NCBI GenBank assembly: GCA_052327205.1
Contig: CM126211.1
Location: 115,382,001 to 115,446,000 of the forward strand
Direction: 5' to 3'
Length of the DNA stretch: 64,000 bases
From: Somniosus microcephalus
Lineage: Eukaryota
Shown: positions 13,840-24,343 of the stretch, piece after piece
Numbering within the stretch: position 1 is the first letter of the stretch
Layout of the letters: every line of letters begins with the position of its first letter
Made by a program: the position numbers and the translations under genes
The notes under the pieces: model-generated
What the model saw: only the letters and a program-made list of their open reading frames with translations
Database searches by the model: none
Told to the model about the DNA's origin: nothing

Positions 13840-14094
13840 AATCAGGTGTGCTGAAGGCACCGAACACCTCGAGTCTCTTCGCCAGGAGCAAGCGGAAGCC
13901 AAGCGCAAACAGCGGAAGGAGCGCATGTCAACCCAAGCACCCCACCCACCTGCCCCTTCAACCACCGTCTGCCCCACCTGTGACAGAGACTGTAGGTCCC
14001 GCATTGGACTCATCAGTCACCTGAGAACTCATTTTTAGTGTGGAAGCAAGTCATCCTTGGTTCTGAGGGACTGCCTAAGAAGAAGAAGAAGAAG
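13840..14094 (+). mobile_element. RTE-group LINE 3' fragment
   Basis: C-terminal zinc finger CPTCDRDCRSRIGLISHLRTHF*, short 3' UTR and (GAA)n tail. Confidence 0.75.
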
Positions 14095-15127
14095 GATCTG
14101 TAGGAGCCTGAAGGAGCACAACAGGGTAACCTGACCCCTGACCCAAAAAGGGAGCCAAAGACTTATACTGAGCTGAAGACAAAATGGCCAGAAAATGGGT
14201 TTTAAGTTTGAACCACTGTTAGACCCTTTCAGCAATGGCAATCAATTCTCTGGAGCCAATTGTCATTTGTCTTTACAGCTGCAGGCCCCACATTAGGCCT
14301 AGAATGGGAACTATGCCTATGCACAGCACATGTAGGTCCCATTGGGTCTATAAACAGTGCGTCGAGTGGAATTCCTAAAGAAGTCCAGAAATGCCACGGT
14401 ATGCCCCAAACTGGTGAAGTTCCATCAAAGAGATGTGCAGAGAAGTCAGGTGTCAGTCTGGAGTACAACTTCTTAGTTTTTTTTTAATCAATCGGACAGA
14501 AATCCAACAGATGCTAAATTACAGCACAGTTTGCCCAAGAATTCTCCAATTTTCCCCCTTTACTCCACTCTAGCAATTTCTGCACTCTTATGCTTTATAT
14601 CAACCAACAGCCTCCTACTGATGAACATTTGAACACAAAAGGGGAGAAATTGGGCTGTGTAGCATCCACTTTTTATGCACTATGTGGCCTTCTAATGTTC
14701 AAAAATGAGGTGGAAAGTGCATCCGACGCCATCTTGGTAAAGAGGTTTGCACATGCACATCTAACGACCACTGGCAGCAGGCAGAGCAAGCAGATTATGA
14801 TGTCAATCTGTGTGCGACGCTGAGTTGACACCAGCACTGCCAGTTTGGAACTCCACGCTCCAGCCTACATCCTGCACAGCTCGCACAGCTGAACATGTGT
14901 TAAACGAAATGAAGGACCATACCCACCAGTGTTATTTAAAGGGATCATGAACTACTTACAGGTTAGCTGCTGGATTATTTCTTCTGGTTGATGGTGCAAT
15001 TGTATGCATTTTTGGAGCTTTCCGAAACTTGTCTAAAGTTTGAATATTCTACGGGGAGTGGTCTGGCTGGTGCTGAAGTACTTTTTGTTCATTTAAAAGC
15101 TTGTGCTGAAATAAGTTGCTTCCAGAC

Positions 15128-16467
15128 ATGGGTGGCCTTGTAGGGCTTCCTCTGGGAATTGAGCATGACTGGGAGAATGAAGAGAGGCCACGCAGAGCAG
15201 GACAAGCTGCGAGAAGGGGGGGGGAAGGGGTGGGGGAGAAGGGCTCTCAGCAAGAGGCCATATCCCCAGAGAGTCTTTAGGAAGCAATTCTCTTACTTCA
15301 ATGAGGACCAATGCATGATACATCTTTGTAAAGTCTGTGGGTTGTATAGTGAAGTAATACACAGACTACAAGAGTAACTTAAACAGGACTTTACTATTCA
15401 AAGGTCAGGGCGAATCTGCCCAATAAATCCTGACACAGCACTTATATACTGGTGTGGTCACCGTCGGTATTACAGTATACAGCAGCCAAGATAAAGTAGT
15501 GCCACACCTAAAATAGTTCTCTTAAAGGTGAACGGTTACATACGATAGTTCTCTTAAAGGTAGAACAGTTACATACACTACAATCTTCACTTCACAAAAG
15601 AGGTGATGACAGAAATCCGCCAACTGCTGCAGCCACAACTGCAAACTCAAAGTAGGGCAAGGACAGCATTACCTGTGGCTGTCGAGGTGACCGTGGCTCT
15701 TAACTTTTATGCATCTGGGTCTTTCCAGGCTGCTGCTGCAGATATAAACAACATCTTGCAGTTTGCCGTCCACTGCTGAATAAGGGAGGTCACTGAAGCT
15801 CTCTATAAACAGAGAGACAGCTTCATCTCATTCCCTCTTGCCAGAGACAAGCAGGTGGAGTGAACATAAGGGTTTGCACGGATTGCAGGCTCCCCATGGC
15901 GCAGGATACCATTTTGACTGAATGCATATTGCCTTACATGCGCCTTATCTGGTAGCGCATTATGCAGGTAAATGCCCGTTATCCTGGCAGTAGTCACGAT
16001 TCCTTCATTCTGTGGCAGTCCTCTGTGCCACCTGTATTTGACCCACCGCAGCAAGTCAAAGGCTGGCTATTGGGCGACAAGGGTTATCCACTCATGACGT
16101 GGCTCATGACTCTGGTCTGGAACACACAGCAGGCCTACAGTGAGAGCCATGCTGCCAGAAGGAACATTATAGAGCACACCATTGGCATCCTCAAGCAATG
16201 CTTCCGCTGCCTGGACTGCTCCAGAGGAGCCCTGCAGTACTCAGTTGAGCGCGTATCAAGAGTTTTGGTAGTTCCATGCTGCACAACATGGCCATTATGG
16301 GGGAACAGCCCTTGCCACCACCTATCAGGTGCGAAGCTGAGGAGCAGGAGCATGAAGAAGAGGAGGAGGAGGAGGAGGAGGAAGTGCAACAGGAAGTGGA
16401 GGAACATGAAGAGGAAGGGAGGCTACAACATAGACAACTCCTTTCTGCCCAGCCTCTACGTGATTAA
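15128..16467 (+). pseudogene. Harbinger DDE transposase pseudogene (element A)
   Basis: Motifs [31 protein letters not shown] and RNIIEHTIGILKQCFRCLD; stops, deletions and an LTR insertion. Confidence 0.85.
15327..15582 (-). mobile_element. Solo LTR (256 bp)
   Basis: TG...CA termini and 5-bp TSD ATCTT; removing it restores the transposase frame (CMIHLHFTKEV). Orientation inferred from a minus-strand TATATAA. Confidence 0.85.
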
Positions 16468-18798
16468 ATACTTCACTTGTGATACCAGTAAACTCAACCA
16501 CACCTCCCCATTCACCAACCATCCCACGCTCCTTATCTTTCCTCTATCACTGACCATCATATTGTCCTCTTTCCGACAACACAAAAATAAAAACCACCAA
16601 ACTGTGCAAATTCCAATACAATCTTAGTAAATCAATCATTACGTAATGCATACAAAAATAAAACAATCACCCTTGTGCATTCCCTTAGTGCCTGTCTTCC
16701 GTGTGACTTTGCCTCTCCTAGTGCTCATACGAGGCGCTTCCCTAGTTGCTGCAGCATGGGTGGTAGAAGGCTGCTAACCTTCAATTGCAATGGCATTGGA
16801 GGGTGACCTCAAGCAGTTCTGGGCCTGGAAGGTTTGGCTTCAGACTGCACCATCTCGGCCTGGGTGGCAGCAGTCTGGACTGGCTGGCTGACAGGCAACA
16901 GCAAGGGCACTGGCAAAATGGTAGGGATGGGAACAGGAATGCTGTCATCCTGAGAGAGGACAGCAGGTTTGTGCTCCATGGAGCCACTGCCACTCTCCCG
17001 GGGCAGTGCCTCAGCAATCCTAGTGATCTGTTGGAGAACAGATTGATGGACTGCTGTGATGCCCTGGAAACCCCTTTGAACACTGGTATCCAGAGCCCTG
17101 ATAGTAGCAGTCTGACCTTCCACTGCAGTACTCAGAACTTTGGTGGAAACTGCTTGTGCTGCAATGGGAGCTGTGACATCGGCCATCAGACACTGCCTCA
17201 TATTGGGTTCCACAGGTGTGCTGATCGAGGTGACCACTCATTCCATGTTGGAAAGGATGGGCTCCAAGCTCTACACAAAGTAATGTGTCAAGTTGGTGCC
17301 GGACTCCTCCATGCTCCTTGACATTGAGCGCAGGCTTCCTGGCAGTCTTTCCAGTGCACCAAGCATTTAGATGTGTACATCCATCAGCCTTCTTCAGTAG
17401 CCTGGCCCATTGAAGTCCTCATCTGACTCCTCCGCAGCAGAACTAGTATGCAACCTCACCCTCTGGTGAGCTGGCACTTGCGCTATTCTTTCCCCCTGCC
17501 CTGGCTCCTGCATACTTGTGCCCAGTATCTCACCATGTCCAAATCCCTCCTCTATCCTAGCCTCTAAAATATGCAGTGTCAATCTCTGAGCTGCTGGCTA
17601 CGAGTGTAAGATAGAGTGACCGTGTTTCGTCATTGTCACTGTCTTCTTCATCTTCCTCCACTGACTGGGTAGGTTCCAGTTCTTGGCTACCTGAAATGAA
17701 AAATGGACAAGGGATAGGGTTGTGGTGAGGGGAGAGGGGAAAGTAAGAAGTGCGTGCTTACACCATCTGCAGCTTCTAAGTCAGAAGAGATTGTTGGATG
17801 AGAGAGAAATGTGATGAAAGAAGGAGGATTAGGTCTGCAGATAACCTCATCATCGATCGCTTCAGCCCAGCCAGTGGCCCTTCCCATGATAGCCAACACT
17901 GTCTCATCCATGGGGGTTAAAATATACAGACGTGCTTATCTTCCTCCAGTTCTTTCTGCTGCCTGCTGTTATGTGCCACCTTCTCCTGCAAGAAAGAGGG
18001 AAGTGCATCAGTGAGTGTCCTGCAATATCTTTGGCTGATGTGGCTTTCATGGTTGAATAGCTGCCAGTGCCTGTGAGCTGTGAGTTGTGGGTGCTTGCAA
18101 CAGTCCACGTGTATGAGGGTGAGGTAAAGCATATGAATTTTAGGATTGAATACTGATTGATAGAGATTGTTCGTAGGTGGGTGATAGGGGTGTAGAGAAT
18201 TGAGCAGTGGATGAGGCTAGTCGTGCAGTTGGTAGGTTATGCCATTTGAAGATTAACTCACTTAAATTGATAACTCGTGTCAGATTAGAGTCATAGGCCT
18301 AGAAATTCGTCTGGTTGCGCCAGCGATTAGCGCCTAAAGAGCCCCAGATTTGGGGCGTTACCCAATTTTTGGACGTGCGCAGTGATCCTAGCGCATCCTG
18401 CCAAATTGAGTAGCCTGTTAGCGCCGGCGCTAAGTCTTTGCGCCTGCGAGCGGGCGCAGCCAGATAATGACGTCATTTCATTGTGCAACGCCTTTTTGGC
18501 GCCCCATACCGGAAATTCAGTGGCGCCCCCCTCCGTTCTGCCTGGCGCTATTAGTGACAGTTGGATGGAACGTTACCAGGTCCTTCTCAGACTCGGGGGG
18601 CGCTCTTTAAAGGGGACAGCACCAGTATAAAAGTGGCAGCCATTTGGCCTGGCCATATTGCTCGCTGCTGGAGAGAGTTGCAGACCTTCAGTTACACAGA
18701 CTTGTTCTTATTGAGCCAGAGGAGCCTTGGGACCTTCAGCCCTGTCCAGAACAGTTGGATCCAGAAAGCTGACTGCGTCTTACTCGTCGGCCAGAATA

Positions 18799-19948
18799 AT
18801 GGGAGCTGCTTTGGAGGGGAACGTCATCCTGGCTGAACAACTGGCAAGGGCACAGAGACGGAGGGAGAGAGGGCCGGGATTGGCCAGAAGGAGGAGGGCC
18901 ACTGGACGTCGCCAAATCCGACCATACGCTGCCAGGGTTTTCAGGCAGCAGGTCTCCTACCTTACCATGTCGGAGGAGCAGTGTCTGCGAAGGCTCAGAT
19001 TTGGTAAGGATGTTGTCACTGAGCTGTGCCACCTGCTTGCTGAGGATCTGCAGCCGCGGATACGGTGCAGGACCTCTCTGTCGATGGCCATGAAAGTCAC
19101 TGTTGCACTCAACTTTTATGCCAGCGGATCGTTTCAGGCAGCAGCTGGGGACATATCAAATATCTCTCAATTTGCGGTGCATTGCTGCATCCAGCAAGTG
19201 ACAGCTACCCTCTACAAAAGGAGGCACGATTTAATCACCTTCCCTGTGACCCTGGAGAAGCAGGGGGAGCGTGCACAGGGCTTCGCGGCTATTGTGGACT
19301 TCCCCATGGTGCAGGGGGCCATTGATTGCACACACGTGGCTTTGCGGAATCCGGAGGAGTTCCGTAACCGAAAGGGGTTCCACTCCCTTAATGTGCAGCT
19401 GGTCTGTGATCACCGGTAGATGATCATGGCGGTGAACGCACAATTCCCTGGCAGCAGCCATGATGCATTCATCCTGCGGCAGACCTCAGTGGCTGACCTT
19501 TTTGAGGCCCCGGCTCACCCACGAGGCTGGCTTCTGGGTGACAAGGGCTATCCTCTCTGCCCATGGCTCATGACCCCGCTCCGTTTGCCCAGCACCCCGG
19601 CAGAAGAGCATTACAATAACAGCCATCAGGCCACCAGGAACATTGTGGAGCACACAATTGGTGTGCTGAAGCAGCGTTTCCGTTGTCTAGACCATTTGGA
19701 GGGCGCCCTACAGTACTCGCCGGAGCATGTGGCGCGCATCGTTGTTGTCTGCTGCATGCTCCACAACCTGGCCATTCGATGCACCCAGCCAATGCCAGCT
19801 GACCCTCAAGGTCCAGCAGAGCAGGCGGACGGAGGAGGAGGAGGAGGAGCATGCGGGCGAGGAGGATCAGGAGGAGGAGGAGGAAGATGGGAGGGCTCCA
19901 GAAACTGGAAGGGCCGTTCGTCAGAGGTTCATAAGGACTTGGTTCTAG
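18799..19948 (+). pseudogene. Harbinger DDE transposase (element D)
   Basis: Catalytic motifs GAIDCTHV, LGDKGY and RNIVEHTIG; in-frame TAG at 19417 and a frameshift near 19830. Confidence 0.92.
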
Positions 19949-20774
19949 GCCCCTCGGACGGAATGGTGTCTGTGAATCGAACAGCGCCCTCCGGTTCGCT
20001 GTAAGCCTATGAAGGCCTCAATGATTGTAAATAGTGTACAGCTCGATTGTAAATAAAAAGTTTTCTTTATTTTCAAACAAGTGCTTCCTTCCAGCATGAC
20101 AACATAATGGTAACAGAAATCACAACTAACAAACTAACAGATAACTGTCTGGCAACCCGGCGAAATAACCAAACAATAACAAACAAACACAGCAGGTGTG
20201 GACGGCCTTAAATCCGGAAAAAGAGACGTCTTAGCACCTCCCTCTACTGGTGACCCCTTGATGGAGACCGACTCCTCTTACGAGTTCGGCCCCTTCCCTC
20301 CCTGCAGCTCCTCCGTAATTGGACCCCAGTGGCTGCGTCAAGGCTGGGGGACGCCTGCTGAGTGTCTGGAAGCGCTGAAGCCCCTGAGGGACGGCCTGGA
20401 TGACCTCTGGGCTTGGAAGTCCCGCAAGCAGGCTGCTCCAACTGGGCATGTCTGCTAGCAGTCTGCCGTGCAGGTGGTGGCAGCTGCTCTGCTGACGTGC
20501 CAGCGGTGGCATCAGGACTGCTCACATGCAGAGAGAGGACACCTGCACCATGGTCAGCCGAAACACTAGCACTCTGACGGGGCCGCACGGGATCATACGC
20601 CACAATCGACTGCTCCACAGATTCATGGCCTGCTGTGGTGCTGCAAGAGCCTGGGGTGATCCTGCCTGATGCAGCTAGGGTGGCAGCAGAGAGTGTTCAC
20701 GTGGCCTCAATTTGCGTGTGGACGAGGCCAGCAAGTGACTGCGTGGCAGCAGTGAGGACCTGCGTGGCAGGTGC

Positions 20775-21203
20775 CAGTGCTTCGGATAAGCCATGGACAG
20801 TCCTTTCCACTGCTTCGGACAAGGCTGGAACACTCCTTTCCACTGCCTCGGACAAGCCCTGGACAGACCTTTCCACTGCCTCGGACAAGCCCTGGACAGA
20901 CCTTTCCATTGCTGGGCTGAAGCCCTGGACAGACCTTTCCACTGCCTCGGACAAGCCCTGGACAGACCTTTCCACTGCTTCAGACAAGGCCGGAACACTC
21001 CTTTCCACTGCCTTGGACAAGGCATGGACAGACCTTTCCACTGCCTCGGACAAGGCCTGGACAGACCTTTCCACTGCCTCGGACAAGCCCTGGACAGACC
21101 TTTCCACTGCATTGGACAAGCCCTGGACAGACCTTTCCATTGCTGGGCCGAAGCCCTGGACAGTGCTTTCCATTGCTGCCCCAAAGTCCAGCACACTCTT
21201 TGT
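20775..21203 (-). repeat. 33-bp coding minisatellite, 13 x 11-aa (ERSVQGLSEAV)
   Basis: Directly visible in DNA and in ORF 20697..21326. Confidence 0.95.
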
Positions 21204-21936
21204 CAGTGTGTCGATCGACTCAGGCATCCTCCCCACTGCAGCCATCAGCTCAGTGTGTCTGAGCCGGGCCTGGGCGCTCATCTCGGCAAGGCTACGCACC
21301 TCCTCTGCACTCTGTGCAGCAGTCATGGTGGCCTGCCTCGCCCTCCGGGAGACGGCCCCCGAGCATCCCTACCCCCCGCGCGTTGCTGCAGGCCGCTGGT
21401 TCCTGCAACTGGCTCCTCATCAGAGCCCCCGCCCCCCTCCCCTCAAGGGAACTACTATCCCCAGTCTCCAGATGCGGTGGCTCCCCTGAGGCTGGCACGG
21501 ATGGTCCGGCTTCCTCCTGGTCGTCGCCTCCGGAGGCACTGGCACTGGCAGCTTGAGGGGCCGGCTCCCGAGCTGGTGATGCAGCATCTGAAAGCAGGGA
21601 GGTTGAAGAGTGGCTTTAGCAAAAGGACAGTTTGGCAGCAAGGGACGCAACAGTGCGGCAATGCTATGACATGGCTCCACATTGAGAAAGCATGCTGGCG
21701 GGGGAAACAACTGGAAGGTGACAGCTGTAATAGTAGAGAACCTTACCATCACTGTGGACAATGGGGTCGGCAGCTGCAGTGGTGACAGGACCACTCAGGC
21801 GTCCTCCCACAATCTGGTGGACTCTCTCCTCGAGATCCGTCAGAGGCTCCAGTTGAGGACGGCCTCCTCCGGTGCGAAGCTGCTCCTTGCAGTTTCTCGC
21901 CAGCTTGGCCTGCAGGGCAAAGGACGGGAAGTGATG

Positions 21937-22105
21937 TTACATGATGCCCTGAATGATGATCTCATGCCCCCCATGGTGGAACAGCCCTTACATGATGCCC
22001 TGGGTTATCATCTCATGTCCCCCATGATGGAACAGCCCTTACATGATGCCCTGGGTTATCATCTCATGCCCCTCATGGTGGACCAGCCCTTACATGATGC
22101 CCTGA
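21937..22105. repeat. 51-bp minisatellite in Myb intron 1 of D
   Basis: About 3.3 copies of ttacatgatgccctg...catctcatgccccccatggtggaacagccc; homologous arrays at ~23802-23968 and 34866-34985. Confidence 0.9.
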
Positions 22106-23153
22106 GTCAAATGTGCATGTGTGTGACCAGAAAGGGCCATGGGTGCTTGCTGACAGATGGCCAGTGGGGCATAGCACACCCTGTAGCCATAAAGTCAGGT
22201 GCTAATGGAGGGATGCATAAGTTTACATTAACTCCACTCACCCTCACGACCCAAGTGAGGTCGTTGAATTTCTTCCTGCACTACACAGGGCTCCTGGTCG
22301 CCATGCTGCTGGAGTTGACTCTCTGAGAAACATCCCTCCAAGCTCGTCGGTAGTCCTTATGATTAGGCCTCCTGCCATTGTCGGGGTAGAGGACATCTCG
22401 CCGGCGCTCCACTGCGGCCACCAATTCCTCCAGAGACTCATTGGTGAAGTGCTCTGCTCTCTGCCTCACCCTCTCCATATGCTCCAAGTTTTTTGCGCCA
22501 GAGAAGGGCCTGCGCCGATTTGCAGGCCTACAAGGCGCAGAGTGTGGATGCTGGAGCTGCCTGACCCACCCCTTTAAGAGCTGGCCGGCGCCTGGAAGTC
22601 TCATGGTCATGGGTAATTGAGAGCACCTGCGCTGCGGCTGGACGCCCCGATATTGGGTTGCGCCGGCATGTTAGCGCCTTAGGTGCCCCGTGTAACGCCT
22701 GAACTCGCTCTTCAATCACCTTTGGGGCACTGCAACCCAATATCGCACGAGGTGTCGATAAGTTGCGTCTGGCTATAAAATTTGCGCTCCGCCAATTCTA
22801 ACGCCCCAAGCGGGACTATACCCAATTTCTAGGCCATAGAATCATAGGCCTAGAAATTCGGTTGGTAGCGCCAGCGATTAGCGCCTAAAGAGCCTGAGAA
22901 TTGGGGCGTTACCCAATTTTCGGGCGGGCGCAGTGAATATAGCGCCACCTCCCATATTGAGTATCCTTTTAGCGCCAGCACTAACTCTTTGCGCGCACCC
23001 GCGGGCGCAGGCAGATCATGACGTCATTTCAGTGTGCAACGCCTTTTTGGCGCCCCGGACCAGATATTCGGTGGCGCCCGCAACCTTTCCGCCTGGCGCT
23101 ATTAGTGACAGTTGGATGCAGCGTTCCCAGGCCCTTCTCGGACTCGGGGGGCG

Positions 23154-24343
23154 CTATTTAAAGGGGACAGCACTAGTATAAAAGCTGCAGCCATTTGGGC
23201 TGGCCATTCTGATCGTTGCCGGAGAGAGTTGCTGACCTTCTGTTGGTGTGGAGATGCCGGAGTTGGACTGTGTCTTTATGCATTTCTCCACTTCACCTGA
23301 CGAAGGAGCAGCGCTCCGAAAGCTTGTGATTTCAAATAAAGCTGTTGGACTATAACCTGACCTTCTGTTGGACAGTAATTTTCTCATTGAGCCTTCGGAG
23401 GCACAGGCACTGGCAGCTTGAGGGCCCGGCTCCCGAGCTGGTGATGCAGCATCTGAAAACAGGGAGGTGCAAGAGTGGCTTTAGCAAAAGGACAGCTTGG
23501 CAGCAAGGGATGCCAGATTGCGGCAAGGTTATGACATGGGTCCACAGTGAGAAAGCATGCTGGCGGGGGGAACAAGTGGAAGGAGACAGTTGCAAAAGGT
23601 GAGAACCTTACCATCGCTGTCGACAATGGGGTCGGCAGCTGCAGTGGTTACAGGACCACTCAGACGTCCTCCAAGAATCTGGTGGACTCTCTCCTCGAGA
23701 TCCGTGAGAGTGACCACTTGTGGAGGTCCTCCACTGGTGCGAAGCTGGTCTTTGCCAATCCTCGCCAGCTTGGACTGCAGGGGAAAGGAGGGGAAGTTAT
23801 GTTACATAATGCCCTGAGTGATCATCTCATGCCCCCCATGGTGGAAGAGCCCTTACATGATGCCCTGAGTGATCATCTCATGCCCCCCATGGTGGAACAG
23901 CCCTTACATGATGCCCTGAGTGATCATCTCATGCCCCCCATGGTGCAAAAGCCCTTACATGACACCTTGAGTCAAATGTGCATGTGTGTGCCCAGAAAGG
24001 GCCATGGGTGCTTGCTGGCAGATGGCCAATGGGGCACAGCCCACCCTGTAGCCATAAAGTCAGGTGCAAATGAAGGGATGCAGAAGTTTGCAGAAACAAC
24101 ACTCACCCTCACGACCCGAGTGAGGTCGTTGAATTTCTTTCTGCATTGGACAGGGCTCCTGGTCACCATGCTGCTGGAGTTGACCCTCTGGCATACATCC
24201 CTCCAAGCTCGTCGGTAGTCCTTATGATTCGGCCTCCTGCCATTGTCTGGGTAGAGAACATCTCGCCGGCGCTCCACTGCGGCCACCAATTGCTCCAGAG
24301 CCTCATTGGTGAAGCGCTCTGCTCTCTGTCTCACCTTCTCCAT
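23154..24343 (-). CDS. Predicted spliced, C-terminally truncated Myb/SANT protein (232 aa) of element E
   Basis: Exons 24343-24107 (237 nt), 23774-23612 (163 nt) and 23452-23154 (299 nt) join into an open frame with canonical GT/AG sites. Expression unknown. Confidence 0.6.
23247..23356 (+). mobile_element. 110-bp Penelope-type terminal-repeat fragment inserted in element E
   Basis: Flanked by a 15-bp direct repeat CTGACCTTCTGTTGG (23232-23246, 23357-23371); absent at the homologous site in D; contains a hammerhead motif and AATAAA. Confidence 0.8.
23293..23329 (+). ncRNA. Minimal type I hammerhead ribozyme motif
   Basis: TCAC-CTGACGA-A-GGAGC-AGC-GCTCC-GAAA-GCTT-GTGA: stem I TCAC/GTGA, intact CUGAnGA and GAAA core, stem II GGAGC/GCTCC, palindromic AAGCTT stem III. 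Confidence 0.8.

Larger units (their letters stand above)
20231..22478 (-). pseudogene. Three-exon Myb/SANT DNA-binding gene (element D)
   Basis: Exons 22478-22242, 21909-21747 and 21587-~20231 with GT/AG sites; FTNESLEELV...W..V....N...CRKKFNDL motif; stops at 22281 and 20697 plus frameshifts. Confidence 0.88.
18296..22835 (+). mobile_element. Full-length two-gene Harbinger transposon (element D, 4540 bp)
   Basis: TIRs GGCCTAGAAATT / AATTTCTAGGCC; TSD ATA; convergent transposase and Myb genes. Confidence 0.95.

Noticed and set aside
19417-19419. Programmed stop-codon readthrough in the Harbinger genes (also 46028, 52754, 59862)
   Set aside because: The stops are at different positions in each copy and are mostly simple C-to-T changes of CAG/CGA, consistent with decay.
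18799-19948. Host HARBI1 gene, and NAIF1/MSANTD genes for the Myb ORFs
   Set aside because: Multiple lesioned copies lie inside TIR- and TSD-bounded elements, so they are transposon genes; no symbol assigned.
20635-21785. Long overlapping ORFs (284, 173 and 330 aa) or an apolipoprotein-like host gene
   Set aside because: These are artefacts of a stop-free 33-bp repeat; only the minus-strand frame homologous to Myb exon 3 of F is supported.
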